DNA from: Polyangiales bacterium
GTDB lineage: Bacteria > Myxococcota_A > Polyangia > Polyangiales > Ga0077539
Assembly (NCBI GenBank): GCA_044229975.1
Contig: JBGARZ010000002.1
Span: 544,001 to 608,000 of the forward strand
DNA: 64,000 nucleotides
Direction of reading: 5' to 3'
Of this stretch, positions 9,859-21,219 are shown piece by piece. Within the stretch, counting starts at the first letter, position 1. Every line of letters starts with the position of its first letter. Made by a program: the position numbers and the translations under genes. The notes below the pieces were generated by a model, which saw nothing but the letters and a program-made list of their open reading frames with translations, made no database searches and was not told where the DNA came from.

Positions 9859-11391
9859 ATGAGAGTCCCGCTGGCGTTGTGCGTCGCCCTCCTCGGCTCG
9901 CTGTTCGCGACGGTAGCCGGTGCGCAGGTGATGCAGCCCGACGGGACGGTGGTGCCGCTGCCCGCCGACGCGCCGTCTCCCTCGTTGCAGGAGTACCTCA
10001 ACCGCCGATCGGAGACGGGCCTCGACGTGGTCCGCGACGCCGCGGTGACGCCCGAGCGCTTCGTACCGGGCTGCTCGATCCGCTTTACCGTCGTCGCGCG
10101 CGACTCGGGCTATCAGAACTCCTTCGGCTGGTACAACGTCACGCCCGGCAGCGCTCCCGCCGCGAGCGACCTCCACGAGCTCGTCGGGCCGTTGGCGGCC
10201 GAGGGCTTCACGGCGACGCTCGACTTCCGCACCAACCCCGACTGGCGCGGCGGCGAGATCGGCTTCTACCTCAGCACGCCGCAGCCCTACGTCTACTACT
10301 CGGAGCGGGCCTACCAGCCCGACCGCGACGTCTCCGGCGGCTTCGTGCACCTGCTCATCTACGACTCGCGCGCCACCGCCAACGCCTTCTATTTCGCCTG
10401 GGAAGACCTGTTCAACGGCGGCGACAACGACTTCCAGGACCTCCTGATGATCGTCGACAACCTCGTGTGCGCGGGCGGCGGCGACCGCTGCGACACGGGC
10501 GAGCGCGGGGCGTGCGCGGCGGGCATCCGGCAGTGCCGCAGCGGCGCGCTGGCGTGCGTGCGCTCGACGGGCCCGTCGCCCGAACGCTGCGACGGCGTCG
10601 ACAACGACTGCGACGGCATGGTGGACAACGGCGACGGGCTCTGCGGCGTTCGCAACGTGTGCGACCGCGGCGTGTGTCTGGAGCGCTGCACCCAGGAGCT
10701 CGGCTGCGGCTCGGGCTTCACCTGCTCCGACCGCGGAACCTGCGTCGAAGACGCCTGCGCCACCATGACGTGCCCCGACGGTCGCGTGTGCCGCGAGGGG
10801 ATGTGCCGCGCGCCGTGTGAGGGCGTGACGTGTCCGCACGGACAGGAGTGCCGCGTCGGGCGTTGCGTGGAGCCCTGCGTGGGTCTCACATGCGAGGGCG
10901 ATCAGGTGTGCGTGGAGGGCGTCTGCCAGACGCGGTGCCCGTGCCGACGATGCGCGGCGGGCGAATCGTGCTTCACCGACGGACGCTGCCGACCGACGGC
11001 GTGCGCGACGGTGAGCTGCCCGGAGGGGTTCTATTGCGCGGAGGGCGCGTGTCGCGACGCGTGCATGGGCGCGGTGTGTCCGGGCGGCGGCGTGTGTACG
11101 GCGGGGCAATGCGGCGCACCGCCGGTCGTCGACGCCGGGGTGCGGGCGGACGCGAGCCTGCCGCCGAGGGACAGCGGCGCGACGGGCCTCGACGCGGGAC
11201 GCGCGGATGCGGGACGTGATGCCGGGGTGCGGGACGTCTTCGTGATGGACACGGACTTCATCGTCGAAGAGCAGGAGGGCAACTGCTCGTGCAGCGCGCC
11301 CGGTGTTGCGGTAGGCGGGCGGGGCGGGTGGGCGCTGGGCATCGCGGCGCTGCTGGGCGCGCGGCGGCGGAGACGTCAGGCGCGGGCGTGA
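9859..11391 (+). CDS. Secreted DUF4114-domain protein with Cys-rich repeats and MYXO-CTERM tail
   Basis: GYQNSFGWYN, FAWEDL...DNDFQDL, ERCDGVDNDCDG repeat, CSC + TM + RRRR tail. Confidence 0.85.
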   Translation: MRVPLALCVALLGSLFATVAGAQVMQPDGTVVPLPADAPSPSLQEYLNRRSETGLDVVRDAAVTPERFVPGCSIRFTVVARDSGYQNSFGWYNVTPGSAPAASDLHELVGPLAAEGFTATLDFRTNPDWRGGEIGFYLSTPQPYVYYSERAYQPDRDVSGGFVHLLIYDSRATANAFYFAWEDLFNGGDNDFQDLLMIVDNLVCAGGGDRCDTGERGACAAGIRQCRSGALACVRSTGPSPERCDGVDNDCDGMVDNGDGLCGVRNVCDRGVCLERCTQELGCGSGFTCSDRGTCVEDACATMTCPDGRVCREGMCRAPCEGVTCPHGQECRVGRCVEPCVGLTCEGDQVCVEGVCQTRCPCRRCAAGESCFTDGRCRPTACATVSCPEGFYCAEGACRDACMGAVCPGGGVCTAGQCGAPPVVDAGVRADASLPPRDSGATGLDAGRADAGRDAGVRDVFVMDTDFIVEEQEGNCSCSAPGVAVGGRGGWALGIAALLGARRRRRQARA

Positions 11392-11816
11392 TGGTGGTGA
11401 TGGTGCCGCCGGTGATGGTGCCGGTGGTGACGGGCGCGCGGGCCCGGCGTGACCACGACCGGCGTGGTGGCGGTGGGTTCGACCGGTGACGCGGGCGCGG
11501 CCTGCGGCGCGGCGACGACGTCGCGCGGAGAGACGCTGGCGAGGCGGGCGTCGAGGTCGGCCACGCGGGTGACGGTGGCCTCGGCCTCGGCGGACGTCTG
11601 CTGAACGATCACCCCGGCACCGACCATCGCCCCGAGCAGGATCATCGTGGCCGCGACGGCGCCCGAGAGGTGCGCCACGGCGCCGCGCCAGCGGGACGCG
11701 GTCGGATCGACGAGCTCACGGAGGTGATCGTTTTCCGCGCGGAGGAGATCGTTCTCGCGCTGGAGGGTAGCGGCCAGGGCCAGGGCGGCGGCGCGGTCAT
11801 CGCAGTAGGCACGCAT
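11376..11816 (-). CDS. Small single-TM coiled-coil protein with His/Arg-rich C-terminus
   Basis: LQRENDLLRAENDHLREL coiled coil, one TM helix, Pro-rich linker, tail RHHRHHHRRHHHHHHARA. Confidence 0.6.
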   Translation of the reverse strand: MRAYCDDRAAALALAATLQRENDLLRAENDHLRELVDPTASRWRGAVAHLSGAVAATMILLGAMVGAGVIVQQTSAEAEATVTRVADLDARLASVSPRDVVAAPQAAPASPVEPTATTPVVVTPGPRARHHRHHHRRHHHHHHARA

Positions 11817-11877
11817 GAGGGGCGCGATCGTACACCCGCGACCGCGACGGAAGTCCAGCGCGGCGGGCCCGCGGCGA

Positions 11878-12783
11878 TCAGCCGAGCGCGAGCCCGATGG
11901 CAGTGAGCACCGAGTGCAGCAGCAGCGACCCGGCCGTTGCGCCGAGCACCGGGTTGAGCGGGCGACCCTCGACGGTGGCGACCTTGCGCGAGAGCACGAC
12001 GGCCAACGGAGCGGTGAGCAGCGGGAGCAGCATCCACGGGGAGTGCCGCACGACCGCGAGCGCGACCGGGACGGCGAGGGCCGCGACCCAGCAGGCGACG
12101 TACTCCGCGACGCCGAAGCGGCGACCGAAGCGGACGACCACGGTGCGCTTGCCGACGCGGACGTCGGTGGTGTGATCGCGCACGTTGTTGACGACGAGCA
12201 CCGCGGTGGCGAGGGCGCCGACGGGCACCGACAGCGCGAGCGCGAGCGACGGCACCGACCCGAGCGCCACGAAGGCCGTCCCGCACACCGCGACCACCCC
12301 GAAGAACGCGAACACGAACACGTCGCCGAGCCCGTTGTACCCAAGCGGATACGGCCCGCCGGTGTACGCGACGCCCGACGCAATGGACGCCACGCCGATG
12401 GCCACGATGGGCCAGCCCGCGACGGCGGTGAGGTACACGCCCGCGGCGGTGGCGAGCGCGAAGGAGACGACCATCCCGGCGCGCACCTGCGACGGCGTGA
12501 GCAGCCCCGCCTGGGTGACCCTCGTGGGCCCGAGCCGGTCGGCGGTGTCGGCGCCCTTCTCGTAGTCGAACACGTCGTTGGCGAGGTTGGTCCCCACCTG
12601 GATGAACATCGCGCCCAGCAGCGCAGCCAGCACCGCGCCCCAGCGATAGCCGACGCCGCCCGAAGCGCGCCACGCCGCGGCCGCACCGACGAGCACGGGC
12701 GAGAGCGCGGCGGTGAGCGTGGCGGGGCGCGTCGCCAGCAACCACACCCGCGGCAGCGACGGGGTCTCGACCGCGGCGTCCAT
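11878..12783 (-). CDS. menA: 1,4-dihydroxy-2-naphthoate polyprenyltransferase
   Basis: [41 protein letters not shown]...D..GKRT. Confidence 0.95.
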   Translation of the reverse strand: MDAAVETPSLPRVWLLATRPATLTAALSPVLVGAAAAWRASGGVGYRWGAVLAALLGAMFIQVGTNLANDVFDYEKGADTADRLGPTRVTQAGLLTPSQVRAGMVVSFALATAAGVYLTAVAGWPIVAIGVASIASGVAYTGGPYPLGYNGLGDVFVFAFFGVVAVCGTAFVALGSVPSLALALSVPVGALATAVLVVNNVRDHTTDVRVGKRTVVVRFGRRFGVAEYVACWVAALAVPVALAVVRHSPWMLLPLLTAPLAVVLSRKVATVEGRPLNPVLGATAGSLLLHSVLTAIGLALG

Positions 12784-13502
12784 CAGTCGCGAACGCCGAC
12801 GTAGAGATGCACCACGCCGAAGGTCATGGGCTCGGCGCGCTCCACGCGAAGCCCCGCCTCGCGCATGGTCTGCGCGAACTGCTCGGCCGGGGGAAAGGCC
12901 GCGATGGAGCGCTGGAGGTAGCGGTACTCCCAGGTTCCGGAGAGGAGGGCGCCGAGGGTCGGGACGACGTGGTGGATGTGCACCCGCGCCATGGTGGCGA
13001 GCAGTCCCTGCTTGGGCTCGCTGAGCTCAAGAATGGCGACACGACCGCCGGGCTTGAGCACCCGCGCCATCTCGCGAAGCGCCGCGGGTCGGTCGACCAC
13101 ATTGCGGATGCCGAAGGCCATGGAGACGCCGTCGACCGACGCATCGGCCGCGTCGAGCTTCTCGGCGTCGCCGCGCTGCAAGGTCACGCGCTCGGCGAGC
13201 CCGGCGGCGGCGATCTTGCGGTCACCCTGGGCGAGCATCCCGGTGGATGGGTCCACGCCCACCACGGTCACGTCAGGGTGGCGACGCGCGATCATCATGG
13301 CGAGGTCGGCGGTGCCCGTCGCGAGGTCGAGCACCCGCGCGCCCGGCTTGAGTTCGAGCGAATCCACCGTGCGACGGCGCCATCGCTGGTCGATGCCCAG
13401 CGAGATGATGCGGTTCATGAAGTCGTACCGGGCGGCGATGCGGTCGAACATCTCTCCGCTGCCGCCGCGCGGATCAACCGCCAGGGTCTTCACCTCGCTC
13501 AT
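12783..13502 (-). CDS. menG: Demethylmenaquinone methyltransferase (UbiE/MenG)
   Basis: [57 protein letters not shown]. Confidence 0.93.
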   Translation of the reverse strand: MSEVKTLAVDPRGGSGEMFDRIAARYDFMNRIISLGIDQRWRRRTVDSLELKPGARVLDLATGTADLAMMIARRHPDVTVVGVDPSTGMLAQGDRKIAAAGLAERVTLQRGDAEKLDAADASVDGVSMAFGIRNVVDRPAALREMARVLKPGGRVAILELSEPKQGLLATMARVHIHHVVPTLGALLSGTWEYRYLQRSIAAFPPAEQFAQTMREAGLRVERAEPMTFGVVHLYVGVRD

Positions 13503-14677
13503 GGCGCACCTCCGTGACCTTCGCCGCCTTCGGACTTCCGATGGTGCAGTCGCATGTGTCCGTGCTGGATGCCCTCCGCCGCCAGCGCCCGCAGCGCCGC
13601 CAGGTTGGACGCGAGGCCGACGCTCGCCAGCACCACGGAGAGCTGCCGCGCGTCGCTCACGCGGACGAGATCGAAGGCCGCGCGCACGCCCGCGTGGGCC
13701 CGCGTCGAGCCGCCGACGGTGCCCACCGCGAGCGGGAGTTCGGCCTCGCCGCGCAGGCCGCCGGGGATGCGCTTCCAGGTGCTGATGGGGCGGTAGCCGC
13801 CACCCGTCGCGGCCCACGCGTGCGCGCCTGCTTCGATGGAGCGCCAGTCCTGGCCCAGCGCCAGGGCGGCGGCGTCGAGGCCGTTCATGAAGCCCTTGTT
13901 GTGCGTGACGGCGCGGTACGGATCGAGCGACGCGAAGCGGCTCGCCCGCGCGATGCCGTCGGCGACGGCTGGGCCGCCCAGCATCGCGTCGCTCACCTCG
14001 GCATGAACGCTCACCCGCCGCCGGGACGGCAGGTTGCTCAGGATGCGGAGACCGATGATGCCGCCGATGAGCTCGTGCAGCGCCGGCGCCATCGCCTCGG
14101 CCACCGTGTCGACGGTGTTGGCGCCCATCGCGTCGCCGACGTCGACGTAGACGTGCACGACGACCACCCCTTCGGCGGCGTCGAGCACCCGCACGTCGAG
14201 GTCGCGGCACCCGAGGCCCCGCTCGACCATGCGCGGGATGGACTCGTCGCCGAGCTTGAGCAGCATGGCGCGGTGGGCCATCACCCGCGCCGCGGCCCCG
14301 TCGGTGTCGGGCGCGCCGTCGAACTGCACCTGCGCCGTCATGATGGACGCCGTCGCGTGTCCGAAGAACCCGCCCGACTCGCGCACCATGCGCGCCGCGT
14401 TGGAGGCTGCGGCCACCACGGACGCCTCCTCGACCGCCATCGGCACGACGTGGTCGACGCCGTTGACGAGGAAGTTGAGCGCGACGCCGAGAGGGAGACC
14501 GTGCACGCCGATGACGTTTTCGCTCATGCGGTCGGCCGCTTCGAGCGTGAGCCCGCCGCCGCCCGACAAGAACGCGCGCGCCTCGTCGCCGACGGGCGCG
14601 TGCCGGTCGAGCGAGTCGAGGCGCTCGCGCACCGAGCCGCGGTAGAAGCCGCTGATCCTGCTGGTGTAGTCGCCCAT
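13499..14677 (-). CDS. mvaA: Class II hydroxymethylglutaryl-CoA reductase
   Basis: ENVIG, PMAVEEASVVAAAS, DAMGAN, THNKGFMNG, GIQHGHMRLH. Confidence 0.93.
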   Translation of the reverse strand: MGDYTSRISGFYRGSVRERLDSLDRHAPVGDEARAFLSGGGGLTLEAADRMSENVIGVHGLPLGVALNFLVNGVDHVVPMAVEEASVVAAASNAARMVRESGGFFGHATASIMTAQVQFDGAPDTDGAAARVMAHRAMLLKLGDESIPRMVERGLGCRDLDVRVLDAAEGVVVVHVYVDVGDAMGANTVDTVAEAMAPALHELIGGIIGLRILSNLPSRRRVSVHAEVSDAMLGGPAVADGIARASRFASLDPYRAVTHNKGFMNGLDAAALALGQDWRSIEAGAHAWAATGGGYRPISTWKRIPGGLRGEAELPLAVGTVGGSTRAHAGVRAAFDLVRVSDARQLSVVLASVGLASNLAALRALAAEGIQHGHMRLHHRKSEGGEGHGGAP

Positions 14678-14690
14678 GGCTTTCCCCCTC

Positions 14691-15677
14691 TCAGGCTTCC
14701 GCGGCGCCCGCGCCGAGCGAGGCCATGAGCGCACTGAAGTCCGCCGGGAGCAGCGCTTGCGGACCATCCGACAACGCGCGTCCCGGATCGTCGTGGGTCT
14801 CCAGCATGACCCCGGCCGCACCCGCCGCCAACGCCGCCCTCGCGAGCGGCAACACAAGGTCGCGCCGCCCCGTGGCGTGCGACGGGTCGACCACCACCGG
14901 CAACCGGTGAACGTGCGCCAGCAGCGCCACCGCCCCGAGGTCGAGCAGGTTGCGCGTCGCCCCGTCGAAGCCGCGGATGCCGCGCTCGCAGTAGATGACC
15001 CCGGCTGCGCCGTGTTCGAGGAGGTACTCGCCCGCGAGCAGCCACTCCTCCACCGTGGCGCTCATGGCGCGCTTGAGCAGCGCCGGGCGCCCGGAGCGTC
15101 CGATGGCCTTGAGGAGCGAGAAGTTCTGCATGTTGCGCGAGCCCACCTGGAGGAGGTCGGCGTACTCGGCCACCAGCGGAACATCGGCCTCGCCGAGCGC
15201 CTCGGTCACCACGCGCAGCCCGTGTTGGTCGGCCGCGCGACGCATCCACCGGAGGGCCACCTCACCGTGACCCTGGAAGGCGTACGGCGACGACCTCGGC
15301 TTGAACGCTCCACCCCGCAAGAAGCGCGCGCCATCCGCGGCGACGCGCGCCGCGACCGCTTCGATCTGCGCCTCGGACTCCACCGCGCAGGGCCCGGCCA
15401 TCACCACGCGCGAGGCGCCGCCGATCTCGACGCCGCGCACCGACACCGTGGCCGGCGCGGCATCCACCTTCGGGTGCGCGGAGGCAGGCGCGACCACCGA
15501 GGCGACGCCCGGGATGCGCATGAGCTCGGAGGCGGCGACGGCCGACGAGGCCGCCGCGACCGAGAAGTGACTGACCCGGCGCTGATCGTCGTGGAGCGCC
15601 GTGACCCACAGCCCCGCGGCGACGAGCGCGCGCTTGACCTGATCGGTGTCCGCACCTGGAGAGAGCTGGATGATCAT
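14691..15677 (-). CDS. aroF: 3-deoxy-7-phosphoheptulonate (DAHP) synthase, type I-beta
   Basis: [47 protein letters not shown]. Confidence 0.93.
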   Translation of the reverse strand: MIIQLSPGADTDQVKRALVAAGLWVTALHDDQRRVSHFSVAAASSAVAASELMRIPGVASVVAPASAHPKVDAAPATVSVRGVEIGGASRVVMAGPCAVESEAQIEAVAARVAADGARFLRGGAFKPRSSPYAFQGHGEVALRWMRRAADQHGLRVVTEALGEADVPLVAEYADLLQVGSRNMQNFSLLKAIGRSGRPALLKRAMSATVEEWLLAGEYLLEHGAAGVIYCERGIRGFDGATRNLLDLGAVALLAHVHRLPVVVDPSHATGRRDLVLPLARAALAAGAAGVMLETHDDPGRALSDGPQALLPADFSALMASLGAGAAEA

Positions 15678-15694
15678 CTCGTTGAACCTCCCGA

Positions 15695-16756
15695 CTACTT
15701 CTTCCGATGCACGAGGGCGCCCGCCACGTCGCTGAGCGCGCTGCGAGCCTGGCCCGCGGGCACGGCCTCCAGGCACCCGAGGGCCTCGTCCGACAGCGAC
15801 CTTGCCAGCGCCCTCGCGTCCGTCGTCGCGCCCGTGTCACGCAGCGCCGCGGAGACACGCGCCGCCAGCGACTCGTCGACCACCACGCTCGCATCGGCGA
15901 CGACCCCACGGAGCCACTCACCGAAGGCCGCGTCGCGCTCGACTGCGAGGAGCAGCGGGTACGTCAGCTTGCCCTCGCGCAGATCGCCGAACAGCGCCTT
16001 GCCCACGACGCCCGCGTCACCCGACACGTCGAGCACGTCGTCCATCACCTGGAAGGCCACGCCCACGAGGCGGCCGTAGCGCTCCAGCGCCTCGCACGCC
16101 CGAGCGTCGAGCCCGCCCGCCCGCGCCCCGGCGAGCATGGCCCAGCGGAAGAGCGAGGCCGTCTTGCCCTCGACCACCTCGAAGTACGACGCGCGCGCCG
16201 GGACGGTGCCGCGGAGCGCGAGCTGCAACGCCTCGGCGCCGAGCATCTGGTCGAGGGTGTCGAGCGCGCGGTCGAGCAGGTCGCCGTGACCCGTCGAGCG
16301 GATGCGACGCAGCGCTTCGACCAGCAGCCAGTCGCCCGCGTACACCGAGGCGATGTTGCCGTAGACCACGCGCGACGTGGGCGCCCCGCGGCGGCGGTCG
16401 CCGAGGTCGACCACGTCGTCGTGGAGGAGCGTGGCGCTGTGCACGAGCTCAGCGGCGACGGCGAGGTCGCGGGCCGCGCGGTCGAAGCCGGTGCCCGCGC
16501 GAGCGGCGAGGGCCACGCAGAGCGGGCGCAGTCGCTTGCCGCCGAGGTCGAGCAGGTGGCGCGCGGCGCCGTGCATGGGCGTGGCGCCCGGCTCGATGGA
16601 GGCGAGCGCGGCGTCGACCTCAACGAGGTCGGAGGCGATCCACAGGCGGAGCTCGGCGAGGCGAGAGGTGAGCCCGTCGTCGACGTGCGCGGCGGTGACC
16701 TCCTCGACGCGGCGTAGCGTTCCCGCGATGGCCTTGGTGTTGAGCTGGGTGTTCAT
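15695..16756 (-). CDS. Polyprenyl diphosphate synthase (hepta/octaprenyl type)
   Basis: [39 protein letters not shown]. Confidence 0.93.
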   Translation of the reverse strand: MNTQLNTKAIAGTLRRVEEVTAAHVDDGLTSRLAELRLWIASDLVEVDAALASIEPGATPMHGAARHLLDLGGKRLRPLCVALAARAGTGFDRAARDLAVAAELVHSATLLHDDVVDLGDRRRGAPTSRVVYGNIASVYAGDWLLVEALRRIRSTGHGDLLDRALDTLDQMLGAEALQLALRGTVPARASYFEVVEGKTASLFRWAMLAGARAGGLDARACEALERYGRLVGVAFQVMDDVLDVSGDAGVVGKALFGDLREGKLTYPLLLAVERDAAFGEWLRGVVADASVVVDESLAARVSAALRDTGATTDARALARSLSDEALGCLEAVPAGQARSALSDVAGALVHRKK

Positions 16757-17316
16757 CCCTTGCGACCCTTCCCCACCGCGGCCGCGGTGACCTGACGACC
16801 CAGCGCCAGGAGGTTTCCGAAGTCTCCGAAGTCCGCCCGGCGCGACGCCAGGAAGGACTCGATCACCGTCTCCGCCATCGTCGCGAACGCCATCAAGCGA
16901 TTGAGCCGCTCGACCTTCGCGCGCGCCGCCGACCCGCTGGAGGTTCGCTTGAGCACCGTCTGCGCCCGGTTGAGCCGCTCGCGCACGCTCACGGCCAGGA
17001 AGCGCTCGCGCTCGTGGACCACCTTGGAAATCATCTTCCAGAAGTCCGTCTCGGCCTCGAAGAAGTCCTTGCGCTCGCCGGGCACCCACACCTTGCGGAT
17101 GACCCCCCACCGCTGGAGCTCGGTGAGCGTCATGCTCACCGCCCCCGCCGACATCTGGAGGCGCTCGCCCAGATCGGCCGCCGCGAGCGCGTCGCCGTGG
17201 AGGTAGAGCACCGTCCACGCGCGCCCGAGGGCCTTGCGAAAGCCCCAATGCTCGATGACGTCGCCGATCGCGTCGGCGGCCAGCAGCTCGGCCTCTGTCT
17301 CGGTGGTGGGCTCCAT
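16753..17316 (-). CDS. GbsR/MarR family transcriptional regulator
   Basis: WGFRKALGRAWTVLYL, LQMSAGAVSMTLTELQRWGVI, PGERKDFFEAETDFW. Confidence 0.88.
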   Translation of the reverse strand: MEPTTETEAELLAADAIGDVIEHWGFRKALGRAWTVLYLHGDALAAADLGERLQMSAGAVSMTLTELQRWGVIRKVWVPGERKDFFEAETDFWKMISKVVHERERFLAVSVRERLNRAQTVLKRTSSGSAARAKVERLNRLMAFATMAETVIESFLASRRADFGDFGNLLALGRQVTAAAVGKGRKG

Positions 17317-17325
17317 CGTCGCCTC

Positions 17326-17353
17326 TGAACTTTCAGAAGATTCTGAACGTTCA
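17326..17353. promoter_or_regulatory. Palindromic operator TGAAC-T-TTCAGAA-GA-TTCTGAA-C-GTTCA
   Basis: AT-rich near-perfect inverted repeat about 10 nt upstream of the GbsR-family start. Confidence 0.8.
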
Positions 17354-17380
17354 TGTAGTGGGGCTGAGCTCACGGGTCAA
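17352..17380 (-). promoter_or_regulatory. Putative sigma70-type promoter TTGACC-N17-TACATG for the gbsR-men operon
   Basis: -35 at 17380-17375 and -10 at 17357-17352 on the minus strand, abutting the operator. Confidence 0.55.
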
Positions 17381-17418
17381 GCGCCCCCCGTCGCCTCTCT
17401 GGTAACGTCGCGCCCCGC

Positions 17419-19515
17419 ATGGACGACCCCGCGCGCTCCCGCTCCATCGCCCGCGCCGCGCTCGCGGCGCTGCTCGTCGCCACCGCGGCCGCCTTCGCCG
17501 TCGGCCTCCGCAACGGCTTCGTCTGGGACGACGCGCAGCTCATCGTCGCCAACCCCGTGACGCTCTCGGCGTCGCTCGTGCGCGACGCCTTCACCCGCCA
17601 CTTCTGGGACACCGCGGGCTTCACCCTCGCGGGCCGCGCCCACTTCTATCGCCCGGTGATCACCCTCGCCTATGCCTTCACCCGCACGGTGTTCGGCGCT
17701 GGCCCGCTCGGATTTCACCTCGTCAACCTTGGCGTCCACCTCGCGGTCGTCGCGCTCGCCTTCGGGTACATCCGCCGCCGCCTCGACCCCGAGCTGCGCG
17801 CCGCCGATGCAGCCATCGCAACAGCCATCGGCGTCGCGGTGTTTGCGCTGCACCCGGCGCGGGCCGAGAGCGTCTCGTGGTCGTCTGGCGCGCCCGATCT
17901 GTGGGCCTCGCTCTTCGCGCTCGTCGCCCTGCGCCTCGACCCCGCTCGCCGACCGCTCGCGTCCTCCATCGCCTTCGCCCTCGCCCTCGTCTCGAAGGAG
18001 GCCGTGGCCTTCATCCCGATGGCCCTCGTCGTCGACGCGCTCTGTCTCCAAGCCCTCGAGCGCCGCCGCCCCGCCCTGCGCGGCGCCCTCACCCTCTTGG
18101 CCGTTCTCGTCGCGGTGCTCGCGGTCCGCTCCTTCGTGCTCCGCGGATCATCCGTGACCATCGGCCCACTCGCGGTCGCCGCGGCGCGGGTACTCACCTC
18201 CCTGGGCCACCTTCTCGCGCGCACCGTCGTCCCATGGCCCCTCACCGTCTGGTCCTCCCGCATCACCCACGGCGCCGCCGGAACCGTCTCCTACCCGGCG
18301 CGTGACCTCGCCCTCGGCCTGCTCTTCGTCCTCGCGCTCGCCGCGGCCGCCGTCGTGGCCTCTCGTCGCCCCTCGGCGCGCCCGCGTGTCGCCGACCTCG
18401 CCTGGTTCGCGCTCGCGCTCCTCCCCGTCGCCAACCCCGTCGAGCTCAACCTCTCGCAGCTCGTGGCCGATCGGTACCTCTACCTCCCGCACCTCTTCCT
18501 GGCGGCCGTCGTCGCGCGCGCCGTCCTCCCGGCGCTGCGATCACCCGCCCGCCTGCCCGTGATCACCGCCTCCGCTGCCGTGGCCGTCGCCCTCGCGTCG
18601 CTGGCCTTCGTGCACGCGCGGCACTTCCACGATGAGCTCGGCCTGTGGCGTCACGAGGTCGCCGTCGACCGGGTGAACCCGATGGCGCGCCTCTCCCTCG
18701 CCCGCGCCATCGCCTCGCAGCGCCGCTATGGAGAGGCCCTTGGCGAGGTGCGCCAGGCCCTCGTCGACGCCCAGTCGCAGGGCGCTCGCGCCGTGCAGAT
18801 GGACGGCGTCCTGCTCTCTGCATCGCTGCTCCTCGATGGGCTGCCCGACGCCGACCAGCGGGGCCTCGGCAGCGTCCGCGCGTTCCTCGACGGCCTCGGC
18901 AACCACCCTGGCCGGCCTGCCGTGCTCGACGCCGGCGGCCTCCGCATGCAGCTCTCGTTGCAGGGCCCAGACGCCGCGCGGGTCCGGTCCATGGACGTCG
19001 AGTGGGGCCTCGCGCTCGCCGACGCCGCAGCTCGAACCCTCGACGCCGACGCCGCCATCCTCGCCTACCGCGCGCTCATGCCGCGCCTGCCCAACCACCC
19101 GCGCCTCTACGCCGGAACGGCCGCCGCATGGGTCATGCTCGACCGCACCGACGAAGCCGCCCGCACCCTCGACCGCGCCCCGGCCTTCGTCGCACCATCC
19201 CTCGCTCGCACCCGCGCCATCCTTCGATCGCAGGCATGCGTCGACCCCGGCGTCGATCCGCGGCGGGTGCGGGTGCGCTGCGCCCTCGCGCTCGACCTAC
19301 GTGAGCACGCGCGACGGATCGCGGCGCGCAGTCCGGGGGAGCTGCTCGACGCGGAGTTCATCGTGGCGACGCTCACGGCTGACGTTCGCGATGGGCTCTG
19401 TCGTCGGGCGACGCGACGGCTCAACGAGGCGCGCGCCGAGGCACCTGGCTTCGACGCCACACAGGCCCTCGCGGTGGTCGGTCGGTGCCGCGGCTTCGTC
19501 CCGCGGGAAGAGTGA
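17419..19515 (+). CDS. TMTC-like GT-C membrane glycosyltransferase with C-terminal TPR-like region
   Basis: GFVWDD..LIVANP, FYRP, FHLVNLGVH, FALHPARAESVSW, SKE, ADRYLYLP. Confidence 0.8.
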   Translation: MDDPARSRSIARAALAALLVATAAAFAVGLRNGFVWDDAQLIVANPVTLSASLVRDAFTRHFWDTAGFTLAGRAHFYRPVITLAYAFTRTVFGAGPLGFHLVNLGVHLAVVALAFGYIRRRLDPELRAADAAIATAIGVAVFALHPARAESVSWSSGAPDLWASLFALVALRLDPARRPLASSIAFALALVSKEAVAFIPMALVVDALCLQALERRRPALRGALTLLAVLVAVLAVRSFVLRGSSVTIGPLAVAAARVLTSLGHLLARTVVPWPLTVWSSRITHGAAGTVSYPARDLALGLLFVLALAAAAVVASRRPSARPRVADLAWFALALLPVANPVELNLSQLVADRYLYLPHLFLAAVVARAVLPALRSPARLPVITASAAVAVALASLAFVHARHFHDELGLWRHEVAVDRVNPMARLSLARAIASQRRYGEALGEVRQALVDAQSQGARAVQMDGVLLSASLLLDGLPDADQRGLGSVRAFLDGLGNHPGRPAVLDAGGLRMQLSLQGPDAARVRSMDVEWGLALADAAARTLDADAAILAYRALMPRLPNHPRLYAGTAAAWVMLDRTDEAARTLDRAPAFVAPSLARTRAILRSQACVDPGVDPRRVRVRCALALDLREHARRIAARSPGELLDAEFIVATLTADVRDGLCRRATRRLNEARAEAPGFDATQALAVVGRCRGFVPREE

Positions 19516-19560
19516 ACGGCCGGGCTGTTCATCGCCGCGAGGCCGTTGCACCGTAGCGGG

Positions 19561-21081
<1,521 letters not shown>

Positions 21082-21219
21082 CGCCTCCGTGCTGCCGACC
21101 AGAAGCCTCCCGCGTGATGGTGCGCGTCGGCCCATCTTGACCTGATCGCCGCAGGCGTGGGACATCGCGGCCTCACTCGCGGTGGCTTCCGCGATTCACT
21201 GAACCTTCACGAGGTAGCG

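Noticed and set aside
9757..11109. 874-aa porin ORF, and similarly extended ORFs for DAGK (23633), menG (14210), the flavoprotein (34166) and the Ni transporter (53562)
   Set aside because: The extensions overlap other real genes; starts were trimmed to the motif-, signal- or overlap-supported codons
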